Shown piece after piece: positions 49,427-63,195 of a stretch of 64,000 bases of DNA. The notes beneath the pieces were generated by a model. It was not told the DNA's origin and ran no database searches. It was given only the letters and a program-made list of their open reading frames with translations. Both the position numbers and the translations under genes were made by a program. The DNA comes from Octopus sinensis (taxonomy: Eukaryota). The stretch lies in NCBI RefSeq assembly GCF_006345805.1, contig NC_043000.1, positions 17,980,001 to 18,044,000 on the forward strand, in the 5' to 3' direction. The number at the start of each line of letters is the position of its first letter. Position 1 is the first letter of the stretch.

Positions 49427-52312
49427 CTAAACAGGAAAACATACAAACATAGCAAATTTTTAATTGTTAATATCTCAAGTAAGCTGTTTTTTGCTGTTTT
49501 CAAAGGATTTCTTTCATTATTTTATTCAGGTTTCAGCAAATTTAAAACATTTAACTCTTTTGTTACTATATTACTGTTAAAATGCACTGCTTTAAAAAAT
49601 TTTTTAATTAATTTTGAAAATACTCTTTTACTTGTTTCGGTCATTTGACTGCGGCCATGCTGGAGTAACGCCTTTAGTCGAGCAAATCGACCCCAGGACC
49701 TATTCTTTGTAAGCCTAGTACTTATTCTATCAGTCTCTTTTGCTGAACCGCTAAGTTACGGAGACGTAAACACACCAAGCGATGGTAGGTGGGGTGGACA
49801 AACACACATACAAATGCACACACACACATATACGATGGGCTTCTTTCAGTCTCCGTCTACCAAATCCACTCACAAGGCATTGGTCTGCCTGAGGCTATAG
49901 TAGAAGACACTTGCCCAAGGTGTCACGCGGTGGGACTGAACCTGGAATCATATGGCTGGTGCCACTTTTAAGCTAAATAACATGGAATTTTGAAGGAAGG
50001 TTTTAATTTAGCTTAGTTAAAACAGTAAGTTTATGTCACAGAACTAGGGACAATTTCAGCTAAACCGGTATTAAAAGGTTAAGTTAGACTACATCCCTCA
50101 TGGAATTGATTCTGAAAATATGAAGAATCTAGTAAAATAATTCAGTCATTTTTAAGCTGGTGTTTGGGACATAAAATGATACAGAATTTTGAGGGAAGGT
50201 TTTAATTTAGTTCAATAAAGAGCAAATTTATATTATAGAAATAGGGGCAGTCTCATGCAGGTTGGTATCAAAAGGGTTAAATTAGACCATATTACTTATG
50301 GAATGTTTCACATAACTTCTTGGTCTCCTTTGCCAAAGTTTCACTCATTGAAGACCATATATTCTTCTATCTTTCCCATAGAAAGGGAAACTTATCCGAT
50401 TCCTTTTCCACTCAATTATATTACATACTTAATAATGGCCTCTAACTTTGGTACAAGACCATCATTTAGCAGAGAGTTAAAAATGAGAGATTGTGATGGT
50501 CAGACCTAGGTCTGCTTTGCTTTTCATATCTCTGAAATCAATAAATAAGTACTAGGGGGTTCAACGCTGCTGACTGAAGCTTTGACTGTAATAATCCAGC
50601 ATAACCACATTGCAATGACCCAAACCAGTAAAAGAGTAAATTAAATTCCTTCTAATTTAGGCACAAGGTCACAGCAGTTTTGAGGGGAGGGGTAGCTTAA
50701 TTACACTGAGCCCATAACTTGGCCGCTACTTTATTTTATTAACCCTAAAGGGATGAATGTCAAAGTTGACCTTGGCAGGATTCGATCTCAGAACATGAAG
50801 AGATGAAGTACTGCAGAGTATTTTGTTCAATGACTGTGTCAATCCATTGCCCTAGTAAAAGAAAAAAATAATAAATACTCTCCTTAAGAATCTTTTAGCC
50901 AAAAGACTTAGTTATAACTTTGACATTAGCTACAAATTAAAGCCAAATAATACTAAAATTGAGGATGACTTCTTGGGTCAATAGACTCCTTAAAGGAAAC
51001 ACTATTTCTGATTTATTTAATGGAGCTTTTATTGATCTCTTTCCTGAACTTTTGCATCTTCAGGTTATAATCTTGCATTTCCATCTCCTATAGATTTGTG
51101 GTTTCTGTATCTAAGCCAAAAGCCAAAATAATTCAATAAAATGGAATTAAAAATTTCTGCTCCCACCATCATCATCATTAGAGTTTCTAACACATTATTG
51201 TATTTTTGTGGTTTGTTTTCAAGCTTATTTTGTTTCCAGGTCAACTTGTAATGGCTAGGATCAGTCTGTAAAATGACAGTTTCAAAGTTTAGCAAAAGCC
51301 AGAGATTTTAGGGAAGGGAGATAGTCAATTACATTGACCTCAGTGCTCAACTGGTACTTATCCTACTCAACCTGAAAAAATGAAAAGCAAAACTGATCTC
51401 AGTGGAATTTGAACTTGGAATATAAAGAGCAGGAAGAAATGCTGCTAAGCATTTTGTCCAACCAGTTAATGATTCTGCCAGTTCCTATCCTTATTTGGTC
51501 TGTATAATGATAAGCATAGCTTTATCATTAGGTCAGTTGGAATAGTCAACACCTCTCACTTGTAATCTCTTCTTCCAATTATTTAATAACATTATCATCA
51601 GCGTTTTAATTCTTTTACTTGTTTCAGTTACTTGACTGCAGCCATGCTGGGGCACTGCCTTTAGTTGAGCAAATTGACCCGAGGACTTATTCTTTGTAAG
51701 CCTAGTACTTATTCTATCATACGTTAAGGGTACATGTGTCTGTGGAGTGCTCAGCCACTTGCAGGCTGTTCCATTGGAACCTTCATTGTTGCAACCAACA
51801 GAGTGCCATATATATATATATATAATCATCGTTTAACATCCATTTTCCATGGGTTGGACGGTTCAACTGGGGTCTGGGAAGCCAGAAGGCTTCATCAGGC
51901 CCAGTCAAATCTGGCAGTGTTTCTACGGCTGGATGCCCTTCCTAACGCCAACCACTCCGTGAGTGTAGCGGGTGCTTTTTACGTGCCACCAGCACAGGTG
52001 CCAGACAGGGCTGGCAAACGGCCACGGTCGGATGGTGCTTTTTACATGCCACCGGCACGGATGGCTGTCGGGGCGGCGCTGGTAACGGCCACGTTCGGAT
52101 GGTTCGCTTACGTGCAACCGGCACTGGTATCACAGCTACAATTTCCATTGATGTTGATCATATATATATATATATATATAGTGTAATAAATAAAATATAT
52201 GCATACATACATACATATATGTACGTACCTACATCTACATATACATGCATATATAAATATACATACGTGAGTACAGGACACCAATAATAGACGTAGAACT
52301 CAATGAGAAATG

Positions 52313-52321
<9 letters not shown>

Positions 52322-52401
<80 letters not shown>
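52322..52401. repeat. (AG)n microsatellite
   Basis: Direct reading. Confidence 0.97.
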
Positions 52402-52574
52402 CTGATGCAGGTGTGGCTATGTGATTAAAAATTTGGCTTCTCAATCACATGTTTCAGAAAGAGATGAGGCTTGGTGACAGGAAGGACATCCAGCTGTAGA
52501 AAATCTGCATTGAGAGACTATACACAAGCATGGTAAAACAGACACTGAAAACGATGACGATGATATATACCAAC

Positions 52575-52750
52575 CATTGTATCAAAATTCGATGTCCAAT
52601 CTCCAGGTGACCAAAACACTCGGTGTTTGTCCTGGCGGATATTACAATATTTCAGATCTTCTTTATCATAGTAGAACTGGCATTCGTCAGGGTCCATCCA
52701 TCGTGCAGCCAGACCAATTGCATCACCTACAGCAGCACCAAAAATGAGAC
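52575..52750 (-). CDS. ADP-ribosylglycohydrolase-fold protein exon
   Basis: 176 bp; (G)LIFGAAVGDAIGLAARWMDPDECQFYYDKEDLKYCNIRQDKHRVFWSPGDWTSNFDTM; GxAxGDAxG and GDWT motifs. Confidence 0.93.
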
Positions 52751-52782
52751 CTGCAATACAGAAGACCCGATACTTCATAAGA

Positions 52783-53388
52783 TATTTATTTCTTTATTGC
52801 CCTCAAGGGAGCTAAACATAGAGGGGACAAACAAGGACAGACAAGGGGGATCAAGTCGATTACATCGACCCCAGTGTGTAACTGGTACTTGTTTAATCGA
52901 CCCCCGAAAGGATGAAAGGCAAAGTCGACCGTGGCGGAATTTGAACTCAGAACGTAACGACAGACGAAATACCTATTTCTTTATTGCCCTCAAGGAAGCT
53001 AAACACAGAGGGGGACAAACAAGGGGGATCAAGTCGATTACATCAACCCCAGTGCGTAACTGGTACTTGTTTAATCAACCCCAAAAGGATGAAAGGCAAA
53101 GTCGACCTCGGCGGAATTTGAACTCAGAACGTAACGGCAGACGAAATACCTATTTCTTTATTGCCCTCAAGGGAGCTAAACATAGAGGGGACAAACAAGG
53201 ACAGACAAGGGGGATCAAGTCGATTACATCGACCCCCATGCGTAACTGGTACTTGTTTAATCGACCCCCGAAAGGATGAAAGGTAAAGTCGACCTTGGTG
53301 GAATTTGAACTCAAAACGTAACGACAGACGAAGTACCACTAAGCATTTCGCCCGGCGTGCTAACGTTTCTGCCAGCTCAACCCCGCCT
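52783..53388 (-). mobile_element. Tandem trimer of SINE family C
   Basis: One head at right plus three bodies; monomers at about 595-700, 3783-4005, 25970-26200, 28092-28321, 48272-48501, 55468-55680, 59271-59495, 61137-61350. Confidence 0.9.
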
Positions 53389-53407
53389 TTTACTTCATAA
53401 GATATTG

Positions 53408-53440
<33 letters not shown>

Positions 53441-54645
53441 ATCAATAACAAAACTCATATACTATTACACATACTAACAAGTAGTCACTCACTGCATTAC
53501 TTTTACTCCACTGAAACTATATACTGTGCCACAAAATCCTAGTAGCATGCTGTGTTACACTTTCTAACCTGAAGTTACATAGTGTTACAGTCATTCAACA
53601 AGGCACATTGTGTTACACCAAATTCCTGTAGAATTGGGAGTTACAGTTACTACACTACGAGACATATTGAGTCAAAGTTATATGATACATTGTGCCACTA
53701 TACTATGATGCAGACTGTGTTACGGATGCAACACAATGTTACTTAGTAAGAACATCATGACACACAAACTATATTACACAATTACTACATTGAGACAGAA
53801 TATATTGCAAAGTTAATACACAATGGCACACATGGGCGTAGGAGTGGCTGTGTGGTAAGTAGTTGCTTACCAATCACATGGTTCTGGGTTCAGTCCCACT
53901 GTGTGGCACCTTGGGTAAGTGTCTTCTACTATAGCCTCGGGCCAACCAAAACCTTGTGAGTAGATTTGGTAGACGGAAACTGAAAGAAGCCCGTCGTGTA
54001 TATGTGTGTATATATATCATCATCGTTTAACGTCCGCTTTCCATGCTAGCATGGGTTGGACAATTTGACTGAGGGCTGGCGAACCAGATGGCTGCACCAG
54101 GCTTCAATCTTGATCTGGCAGAGTTTCTACAGCTGGATGCCCTTCCTATGTGTGTATCTGTTTGTGTGTGTGTTTGTTCCCCAACATTGCTTGACAACCG
54201 ATGCTAGTGTGTTTACGTCTCCGTAACTTAGCAGTTTGGCAAAAGAGATTGATAGAATAAGTACTAGGCTTCCAAAGAATAAGTCCTGTAGTCGATTTGC
54301 TCGACTAAAGGCAGTGCTCCAGCATGGCCACAGTCAAATGACTGAAACAAGTAAAAGACTAAAAAGAGTATAGTGCTACAATTACGCAACTATGACATGG
54401 TGTTACACAGTTACAACACCAAGATACATTTTTCTTTAAATCTTTAGTATTCAGATTACTCTGTCAAATTCAATGCTTATTTAATCACTTTGCTATGAAT
54501 TTATCCTACACTGTCTTGTAGCCCTGAGATTTTGATGATGTGATTGCTCATATACAAAATGACATTGTAGGGTAGGTGTGAGAGACCAGATCTGGCCAGT
54601 TGAAATGCTAAAGTGTTAAAGTTTGTCATGGAATAAAAACCAGTA

Positions 54646-55126
54646 CCGTAAATCCTTGAGTATAATCCGTATTTTTTCCCAAAAATTTAAAGGTCAAAAT
54701 CCCTAGTGCGTACTATATACGAGGTTAAAAATGAAAAATATTTTCTAAGCAATGTCCAAGTCTCTATTTGCTGTCCAGCAATGTTTATTCAGACACATTT
54801 TGTGCTGTCGGGTGCGAAAATACCTTAAGCTAAGCCTGAAAGTAATGAAGTCATAAAAGAACCATCCATAACTTGCAGTAAGCAACATTTATTAAACGTT
54901 ATTACTGTTATTTTTTTATCTTCTGCAAACAAAATGCACAAAAAAGCTACACATTTGCATTATGTTATACATACAATAATAATAAAGAACGTTGTATAGA
55001 CCTTCTTGACTCAAGTTAGAGAAGGAGTGTGTATTATACACATGGTTTAGGTTTTTCAGAGGTACAGCCCCCTAAAAATCCCCTGCATATTATACTCAAG
55101 TGCGGACTATACTCAAGGATTTATGG
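54646..55126. mobile_element. TA-flanked MITE, inverted copy of 28517-29019
   Basis: TA|CCGTAAATCCTTGAGTATA ... TATACTCAAGGATTTATGG|TA; interior is the reverse complement of the other copy. Confidence 0.9.
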
Positions 55127-58100
55127 TATTTATAATAATATTTTCAGCCCCATCTGGTGGTAAATTCCTAATAAAATTTAATTCTAATCCTACTAATTTA
55201 ATAATGCTCTTATAATAATAATTATAAAGTAATAAGAAAAAAATTATTATTCATAAAGAATTGTACAATTACGAATTGTCTGTAATTCATGGGCAATTCA
55301 TAACCAAACTACTCTTTATGCCTAGTTGATGTCCAGCTCGGACATCTGTAGGAAAAATGTGGGTGGTGGGTGGACATATTCTGAGTCCAAATGTTTACAA
55401 GAGAGTGACTTCTGCTGAAGGCACCCAAAGATCACATGACAATGCTAAAGTGAGTGAATGGTCTGTAAGGCGCAAGCTGGCAGAAACGTTAGCACGCCGG
55501 ATGAAATGCTTTACGTTCTGAGTTCAAACTCCGCCGAGGTCAACTTTGCCTTTCATCCTTTCAGGGTTGATAAATTAAGTACCAGTTTACACACTGGGGT
55601 CGATGTAATCGACTTAATCCGTTTGTCTGTCCTTGCTTGTCCCCTCTGTGTTTAGCTCCTTGTGGGTAGTAAAGAAATAGGTCTGTTATGCCAATGACCC
55701 AACTGTGTTACACTGTGACAAAGACAATGTGTAACAGCAGTGGTAGTGGTGTCAGAGGCAATGTTTGAGGTGGTTGTATTGCTTACGGGATTAGCTACAA
55801 TGTCACCAGTGAGCAAATGATGATGATAATAATGGTGGTTGTGGTGGTGGTCATGGTGATGGAGATGTCAGAAGAGATACAGCTGGTTAATGGTAGAGGC
55901 ATGTTCAATGGTAGGAGCACAGACAGTAGCAAATGCTTTCAGAATCTTTAAGACTGTAACTTCACTGAAACTGACTGCATCATGGAGTTTTAAAAATGGA
56001 TCAATAAGGCAGAGGAATATCATTCTGACGACGGCGGCGACCACCACCACCACCATCTCCTCCTCCATCAAATAACATTTTCCCCCACAATCATAAAACA
56101 CTTCCATCTACCCCACCAACCCTGCTCCACTGCCAACACTATTCTTTTTAACAAAACCTCTCTAGCACAAATAATCTTCACAACCACCATCACCGCCGCC
56201 GCCAACAGCACCACCAAGAACAATATGACCACCACCATCAACATTATCAACACCCCCCTCCCGAACACTGCCACTACCGACAAATGAAATAAACCATTGA
56301 GGCAGACAAAAATGAAAATCCATAAAAGAGAGGAAAAAGCAAACGAAACAGCCAGTTTGTTTCACTGGTTTTCCATTGGTCGGTTGTATCTATTTCAGAC
56401 ATCTTACCATCCTCATGGTTGGTGGTGGTGATCTGTGAGCTTTCCATCGGAGGACATCATCTGGACCAATGCCAGGGTTGCTGACTATTTAGAAAATGGA
56501 TTAGGAAAGCACCGGAAGCTCAGAGGAAAACACCCAACCGTCATATGACCCCAAGAAATGGCCCTTGTTCAATGCCGTTACTTGCCTTTTAAGTGATGAA
56601 CTTGTGGTGTGTTGTACTTGGTGGTAGCAACAGTAGTAGTAGTAGTAGTATAGTTCATAAAAGAAGGATGGTGGTGAGAGTGGTGTGTGTGTGTGTGTGT
56701 GTGTGTGTAAAGGAAACCAAATTTCATTAGATTGATTTTTATGGTATCTAGTTCCGTGCCAGTGGTAAATTGGGATGGTTGATACCTTTCACTTGCATAA
56801 CCAGGCATTGAAATAATAAAGCCTCAAATCATGCTGTTTTTATCCCATGAGGCCTTAGTGCAGTTAAATAAATAAAAAAAAACTAAGGTTATGGAATGAA
56901 TCAACAAATACTCTTTTACTTGTTTCAGTCATTTGACTGCGGCCATGCTGGAGCACCACCTTTAGTCGAGCAAATTGACCCTGGGACTTATTCTTTGTAA
57001 GCCCAGTACTTATTCTATCGGTCTCTTTTGCTGAACCGCTAAGTGATGGGGGACAAACACAGACACACAAATACACACACATACATACATACATATATAC
57101 GACAGGCTTCTTTCAGTTTCCGTCTACCAAATCCACTCACAAGGCTTTGGTCGGCCCGAGGCTATAGCAGAAGACACTTGCCCAAGATGCCACGCAGTGG
57201 GACTGAACCCGGAACCATGTGGTTGGTTAGCAAGCTACTTACCACACAGCCACTCCTGCGCCTATGTTTATGTTTCTAGCAAACCCAAAGACTCATTTGG
57301 ATATAATGACAGTGCTAATAATAATTTATTACATTACCACAGTGAAGGCACATGGTTCAGTGATTAGAGTATTGGCCTTACGATTACGAGCTTGTGAGTT
57401 CAATTCCTGGATTGGGCTGTGTATATTATTCTTGAGCAAGACACTTTATTTCACGTTGCTTCAATTCACTCAGCTACAGAACTGAGTTGAGGCACCAGTG
57501 GTACCAAGCTGTATCGGTCTTTGCCTTTCCCATGGACAACATTGGTGGAATGGTGAGGGGAGGCTGGTATGTATAGGCAACTGCTGGTCTTCCACAAACA
57601 ACCTTGCCTGTACTTGTGCCTTGGAGGGGAACTTTCTCGGAGCAAATCCATGGCCATTTGTGACTAAGGGGGTCTTTACCCTTTTACATTACCACAGAGC
57701 CAGAAGTTTTATAAGATGGTGAGGTAGAGTTTAGTTGATTACCTTTTCCTTAGTGCTTCTCTGGTACAAATATCGTTGAGACAAAAGTGAAAGTCAAACT
57801 CATTAGGATTTGAACTCAAATGTAAAGGGATGTAACTAAATGTTTTGAGGTGGAAATCCTGCCAGAATTATTAGAATTTTGCCTTTGACTTTTTTCTTGA
57901 TTCAACATGATAAAAAAAAACACAAAAAAAACCCAAAAGATAAACACCTGTCACTTGCAATCAAGAATGAGTTAGTGTCAGCATGCTCCATGCCGACAGT
58001 TTTAGGTACCTACGTCATCATAAATAAACACAGACACTCTCTTGGCCTCCTCCCTATGATTCTGCGAAACATCCAGGATATGATGAGACTGGTACTGTAC

Positions 58101-59611
58101 TTATCAAGCTTGAAAGAATGAAAAGTAGCCCTAGGTGGGATTTGAACTCATGAAGGTATAGGGTAGGAACAATTATTGCAATTCATTCTTCCAGATGTTT
58201 TAATGATTCTGTCCGGAAACAGTATTTCTAGGACTACATTATCAAAGTGTCCTTTTTTTTAAAAGACAGTTGAATATGATTTGAGGGCAGTTTTGTATGC
58301 TGTTTCTAGCAGTCAAGAGAAACTTACTTCCTTGGTCAGCCTTAATTAAGTAGGACTATGATAAAGGACATTCCAGTAGTAATTATCTTGTCTACATTCT
58401 ATATTTATGTTGAACTATATAACCAACCTGTCCTTATCCTCTTGAATAGGATTTCAGAGAGATTTAGCTGATATTTCTAGAACTCTCTTTAGCAAAGGTA
58501 ACTGACTGGAAGCCACTTCTATCCCAAACCTTATGCTGTTATAAAATTGGGAAATATTTAATCAATTTTGGAGAGATAAAAAGCACAAGCTTGTTTCAAT
58601 GGGATTTGAATTTAAACACAAGACATAAGTATATTTCTGCCTAAACGGTCAGAAATGTATCTAACATTTTCACCAACTGCTGCTACGATGTTTTTGTTCA
58701 CCTCCAATATATATTCTGTTTTTAAACACTGCACATCCATAAGAGATACCTCAGTAAATTTGTTTTTTGCAATGTATTTACATTAAGTATGATACACAAA
58801 TGGCTCTTCTTTTATTGCTTTTCTTTTTAATCTAAGGTTCAAAGAGCTTCACAAGAGACATTGCTTAACATTATTTACATGGTGCTAAAATAACAGATAA
58901 GTCTAAATAATGAAGTCCTTTCCAGAGACATATCGAAATGATTGTAGTGGATCAGAAATCATAACCCATGAGCTGGCAATACATATCTGATGCATATAGC
59001 CATTTCACATTTGATCATGTACCAAATACCAAAGTAACTTAGGAGAGAAGTAGTTTGTGCTGAAAACCTAATATATGTGTAATAGGATAAGTCAGCTTGG
59101 TGGAGTCTTTTCCTCTCTGATTTATACCGACAGGAGGAGTTGAATTACCTACTATCAAAACACTTTCAATTTCACAAGACTAGCACAGTTTACAGTTAGT
59201 GACTTGTACCTAATCTCCAGTATTAGTATTAATTTACAATGATAGGATACATACTGACCTCTCACCTCCAATTTCTTTACTACCCACAAGGGGTTACACA
59301 CAGAGGGGACAAACAAGGACAGACAAACGGATTAAGTCGATTATATCGACCCCAGTGCATAACTGGTACTTATTTAATTGACCCCGAAAGGATGAAAAGC
59401 AAAGTCGACTTCGGCAGAATTTGAACTCAGAACGTAGCAGCAGACGAAATACGGCTACACATTTCGCCCGACGTGCTAATGATTCTGCCAGCTCAACTCA
59501 TTGACTGAAACCATCTATACTGCCAGCAAAATAGATAGTTTTAAAAGTATTACCTTCACAGTATCACATGCTGACCATTAAATTAGTACCAATGTTGAAA
59601 AAGATGTCTAC

Positions 59612-59732
59612 CTGTAATTTTATCACTCAACACACGAGCATCGTGTTTGGTAGAATTTGGTGGAAAATGAAGAGGTGTTTTCAACCGGCTTGGTACATAC
59701 GTTGTGTGAGTCTGCATTTGAATGTATTTCAT
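59612..59732 (-). CDS. ADP-ribosylglycohydrolase-fold protein, first supported coding exon
   Basis: CAG acceptor directly followed by ATG; MKYIQMQTHTTYVPSRLKTPLHFPPNSTKHDARVLSDKIT(G); GTAGAC donor; splices to give DKITGLIFGAAVGDAIG, the typical start of the ARH domain. Confidence 0.85.
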
Positions 59733-59871
59733 CTGTAATTAAACAAGAATTTGGGTTTCCTTTTTAAGGTTTGTATTAATTTTATTCAGTTAAAAGTTGC
59801 AGCATTAAACAGAAACTATGTATTCACCACATATATCTATAACAATGTGTGTGTGTATATACATATATGTA

Positions 59872-60250
59872 CGAGCTAAACACCCCACTCCCGTCCAATG
59901 GACGGTGCTGAGTTGCCAAACATTTAAACCAAATTTTCTCAAAACAACTTGTCCGACCATCCTATAGGCCTCCCCTTTGAGAAACACTGATTTAACCTAA
60001 ATTTGAGACACCAGCAAAAGAAGAAATAAATATAGACTTTTTTTCTAATCCAAAGAAAAGCGATTTTATTCACTTTATTGATCGCATTCTCACCTGGAAT
60101 TGATTTTTGTAATTTTTTCAACACTTACACATGCCCTGATACCATTGGTATCTACATATCAAATATGAGCGCAATCGGATGGAGGATGCCCAAGATCCTA
60201 GAAGACACACACACACACACAGACGGACAGAACAGATTTTATATAATAAA
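59872..60250 (-). mobile_element. Probable second Helitron family copy, degenerate ends
   Basis: 5' TTATTATATAAAATCTGTTCTGTCCGTCTGTGTG; palindrome CCGTCCAATGGACGG near a CTCG|T 3' end. Confidence 0.55.
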
Positions 60251-60296
60251 TATTCTGTTTCAATCATCATCATTTAATGTCTACTTTCCATGGCAT

Positions 60297-60729
60297 CATC
60301 ATCATCATTGTTTGACCGTGGTTGAGACAATGGAATTTACCATGCTACACCAGACTTCACGGTCCATCATAGCATTATGGAGGTCCTGTTGCTGGATGCC
60401 TGTATCCCTGGAGATTACATCAGGGTAGGAGAGTGTGCGCCCTCTGGTATTGCGAGTAGATGGCTTCCAGAGGAGAAGAGTAGAAATTACCTCTTTTTCA
60501 GCTCTACAACAATGTCCAGCAAACTGGACTCTCCTACCTTTCACAAGAGATGACACAGGTGGTAGTTTCCCATATATTTGCAGTTTGGTTGGATGGCGCT
60601 TCCACGAGAGATTTTGAGCTCTCATAAGGAGGCGAGCGTAGGTTCCATCCAACCGCCTCTCAAGCTTCTTTGATAACGTCCAGGTTTCTGAGCCATATAG
60701 TAGAATTGGTTCGACTGTGGCTTTGAAGA
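60297..60729 (-). mobile_element. RTE-like LINE 3' fragment, same family as 4253-4698
   Basis: Near-identical sequence; TSD TTTCCATGGCAT at 60285-60296 and 60730-60741, nested in an older repeat. Confidence 0.9.
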
Positions 60730-61090
60730 TTTCCATGGCATAGGCTGGTTGTTTCGACAGGAACTGGCGAACGGAAGACTGCGTTGTGCTCCAATGTTTG
60801 CTTCATCATGGTTCTGTAGGGCTGGATGCCCTTCCTAATGCCAACCACTTTACAGAGTGTACTGGGTGCCTTTTATTTGGCACTAGTATAAGCGAGGTCA
60901 TAAGAGAAGACTCCTCAATTGATGGTGGGGGGCGGGGAGAGAAGATAGAGGGAAGTGGTTTTATGGCTAGGGGATGAGAGGTTAAAGTATGATAAAGGGT
61001 CAGGAACAGGTTCTTGCTGTAGAGGAGATACATGGATACCCCAGCTGGATGAGAAAGGACGGGGAAGATATGTCAGGGAATATCCTCAAG

Positions 61091-61129
<39 letters not shown>

Positions 61130-61964
61130 ATGTATATATTTCTTTACTACCCACAAGAGGCTAAACACAGAGGGGACAAACAAGGACAGACAAATGGATT
61201 ATGTCGACCCCAGTGCGTAACTGGTACTTAATTTATTGACCCCGAAAGGATGAAAGGCAAAGTCGACCTCGGCGGAATTTGAACTCAGAACGTAACGGCA
61301 GACGAAATACAGCTACGCATTTCGCCCAACGTGCTAACGTTTCTGCCTGCTCTCTGCCTGTGTGCATATGTATATATGATATGTGTGTGTGTATGTGAGT
61401 GTGTATATATATATATACATATATATAATACAGATTGCACAACTGAACTGAGACCAATAACAAAATGTCTGCTAAATCTTAAATAAGTATTGTGAATTAA
61501 GAGCTAATATTTTGCAGGTAATAATTATAAGGTATTAACATTTTTTTTATAGATTGTGTTAGATAATACCAAAATAATAAAATCACTGCAATGAAAAATA
61601 ATTTGCAGATGAGTCATGCCAACCACACCCCACATCATATCATCATGCAAAGTCAGCAGTCAACTGTATTCTGGCTATGCACAAGATGTTTGCTATTAAT
61701 TACACACAATCTGTTGTACCTGCAAGTATACTTGCCCTTTCCAGGTTGGTTTTTAAATGGTCTACTGTTATAAATCCACAAATCAGTATGACCAGGGTTG
61801 CAGAAAACTAAGGTGATGATAGTCAGTGCCATTAAAATTTATTTAGGTATGACATGTAAGTTCACAGGCATCAAAGTTTTTCCACAGTCCATTCTGAAAC
61901 TTTAAGGGCTGATAGAGCACCAAAATGTTTTTGACTAGCTGAAGCACAGAGGAAAGAAAGTGAG

Positions 61965-62198
61965 GGCGATCTTACGGTACAAGTACCATAACTGCCATGT
62001 GTGTTTGTTTACATTTGAAGAAGAAGATCGTCACTCTCCGAAAAGTCTTTTTTTTTTTTTATATATATGGGGGGGTTAAGGTTAGGATTTGTGTTAGGGT
62101 GAGGGGTGGGAGAAAAGGTTTCTTTTTGCATCGGAAATGTAAACAAACCCACGTGGGTTTATAATTGGCAGTTATGGTACTTGTACCGTAAGATTGCC
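61965..62198. mobile_element. 234-bp MITE with 33-bp TIRs and 8-bp TSD (Merlin-like)
   Basis: TIR GGCGATCTTACGGTACAAGTACCATAACTGCCA / TGGCAGTTATGGTACTTGTACCGTAAGATTGCC; TSD AAAGTGAG at 61957-61964 and 62199-62206. Confidence 0.9.
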
Positions 62199-62679
62199 AA
62201 AGTGAGAATTGTTTTTGACAGAGGAAATTTGTATTCAATAAAGTTACTGATCATCACAATTTTAGGGTTACTCTTTTACTCATTTCAGTCATTTGACTGC
62301 GGCCATGCTGGAGCACCGCCTTTAGTCGAGCAAATCGACCCCGGGACTTATTCTTTTGTAAGCCCAGTACTTATTTTATCGGTTCTCTTTTTGCTGAACC
62401 GCTAGGTGACGGGGACGTAAACACACCAGTATCGGTTGTCAAGCAATGCTAGGGGGACAAACACAGACACACATACATATATATATATATATACGACAGG
62501 CTTCTTTCAGTTTCCGTCAACCAAATCCACTCACAAGGCATTGGTCAGCCCGGGGCTATAGTAGAAGACACTTGCCCAAGATGCCACGCAGTGGGACTGA
62601 ACCCGGAACCATGTGGTTGGTTAGCAAGCTACGTACCACACAGCCACTCCTGCGCCTATTGCACGCAAGACTTTCAAAG

Positions 62680-62900
62680 CTTCTACTATAGTGTCAAATA
62701 AGATTCCAGCCTCTGTGATGGTGTTTGGAGATGTTGCAAACAACAGATGTGTGATACTGTCTTGTTTTATCAAAACAGGTCCTCACATCAGTATCAGCAC
62801 ATCTGAATATCTGAACATCCTGGATAAATTTCTGATATCATGGAAAACTCAATATTATGATCTGAGTAAGTTATATCTATCCAAGATTCTGCACCAGTAC
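62680..62900 (+). mobile_element. Tc1/mariner-type transposase fragment
   Basis: KIPASVMVFG..F..G..ISTSEYLNILDKFLISW.. then QDSAP after a frameshift. Confidence 0.65.
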
Positions 62901-62909
62901 AGAGTTTAA

Positions 62910-63130
62910 CCCTTTAGTGTTCAGATTACTCTGTTAAATGTAATACTTTTTCACTCAAATTGTTTTGAATTAATCATGCATTATCTTATAGCTTTGAGGT
63001 TTCAATGATGTGATTGTTTATTTTCAGAATGGCATTGTAGGTTAGGAGTGAGAGGCTAGATATCGTCAGTTTGAATATAAAATATGTAGAATATATTGGG
63101 CTGGATTTGGCCGGTTTAAACACTAAAGGG
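62910..63130. mobile_element. TTAA-flanked MITE (piggyBac-like)
   Basis: TTAA|CCCTTTAGTGTT ... AACACTAAAGGG|TTAA; other copies at 44811-45028, about 54440-54615, and interrupted ones at about 1060-1702 and 29395-29923. Confidence 0.85.
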
Positions 63131-63195
63131 TTAAAGCATGTGCAAGATGAGACTTTTACTGTTTGTCCCCAAAGAAGCCTGGCTTTGAAACTCAC

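Noticed and set aside
52623-53279. 218-aa ORF on plus strand
   Set aside because: Antisense of an ARH-like exon running into a SINE trimer
55868-56107. Possible extra exon of the ARH-fold gene
   Set aside because: 59612-59732 already splices in phase to 52750 giving the expected motif; the region is low complexity with no convincing splice pair
61720-61765. Short minus-strand AG..GT segment that might bridge 63196 to 59732
   Set aside because: Its open reading ends in phase 2 rather than the needed phase 0 and the acceptor is weak
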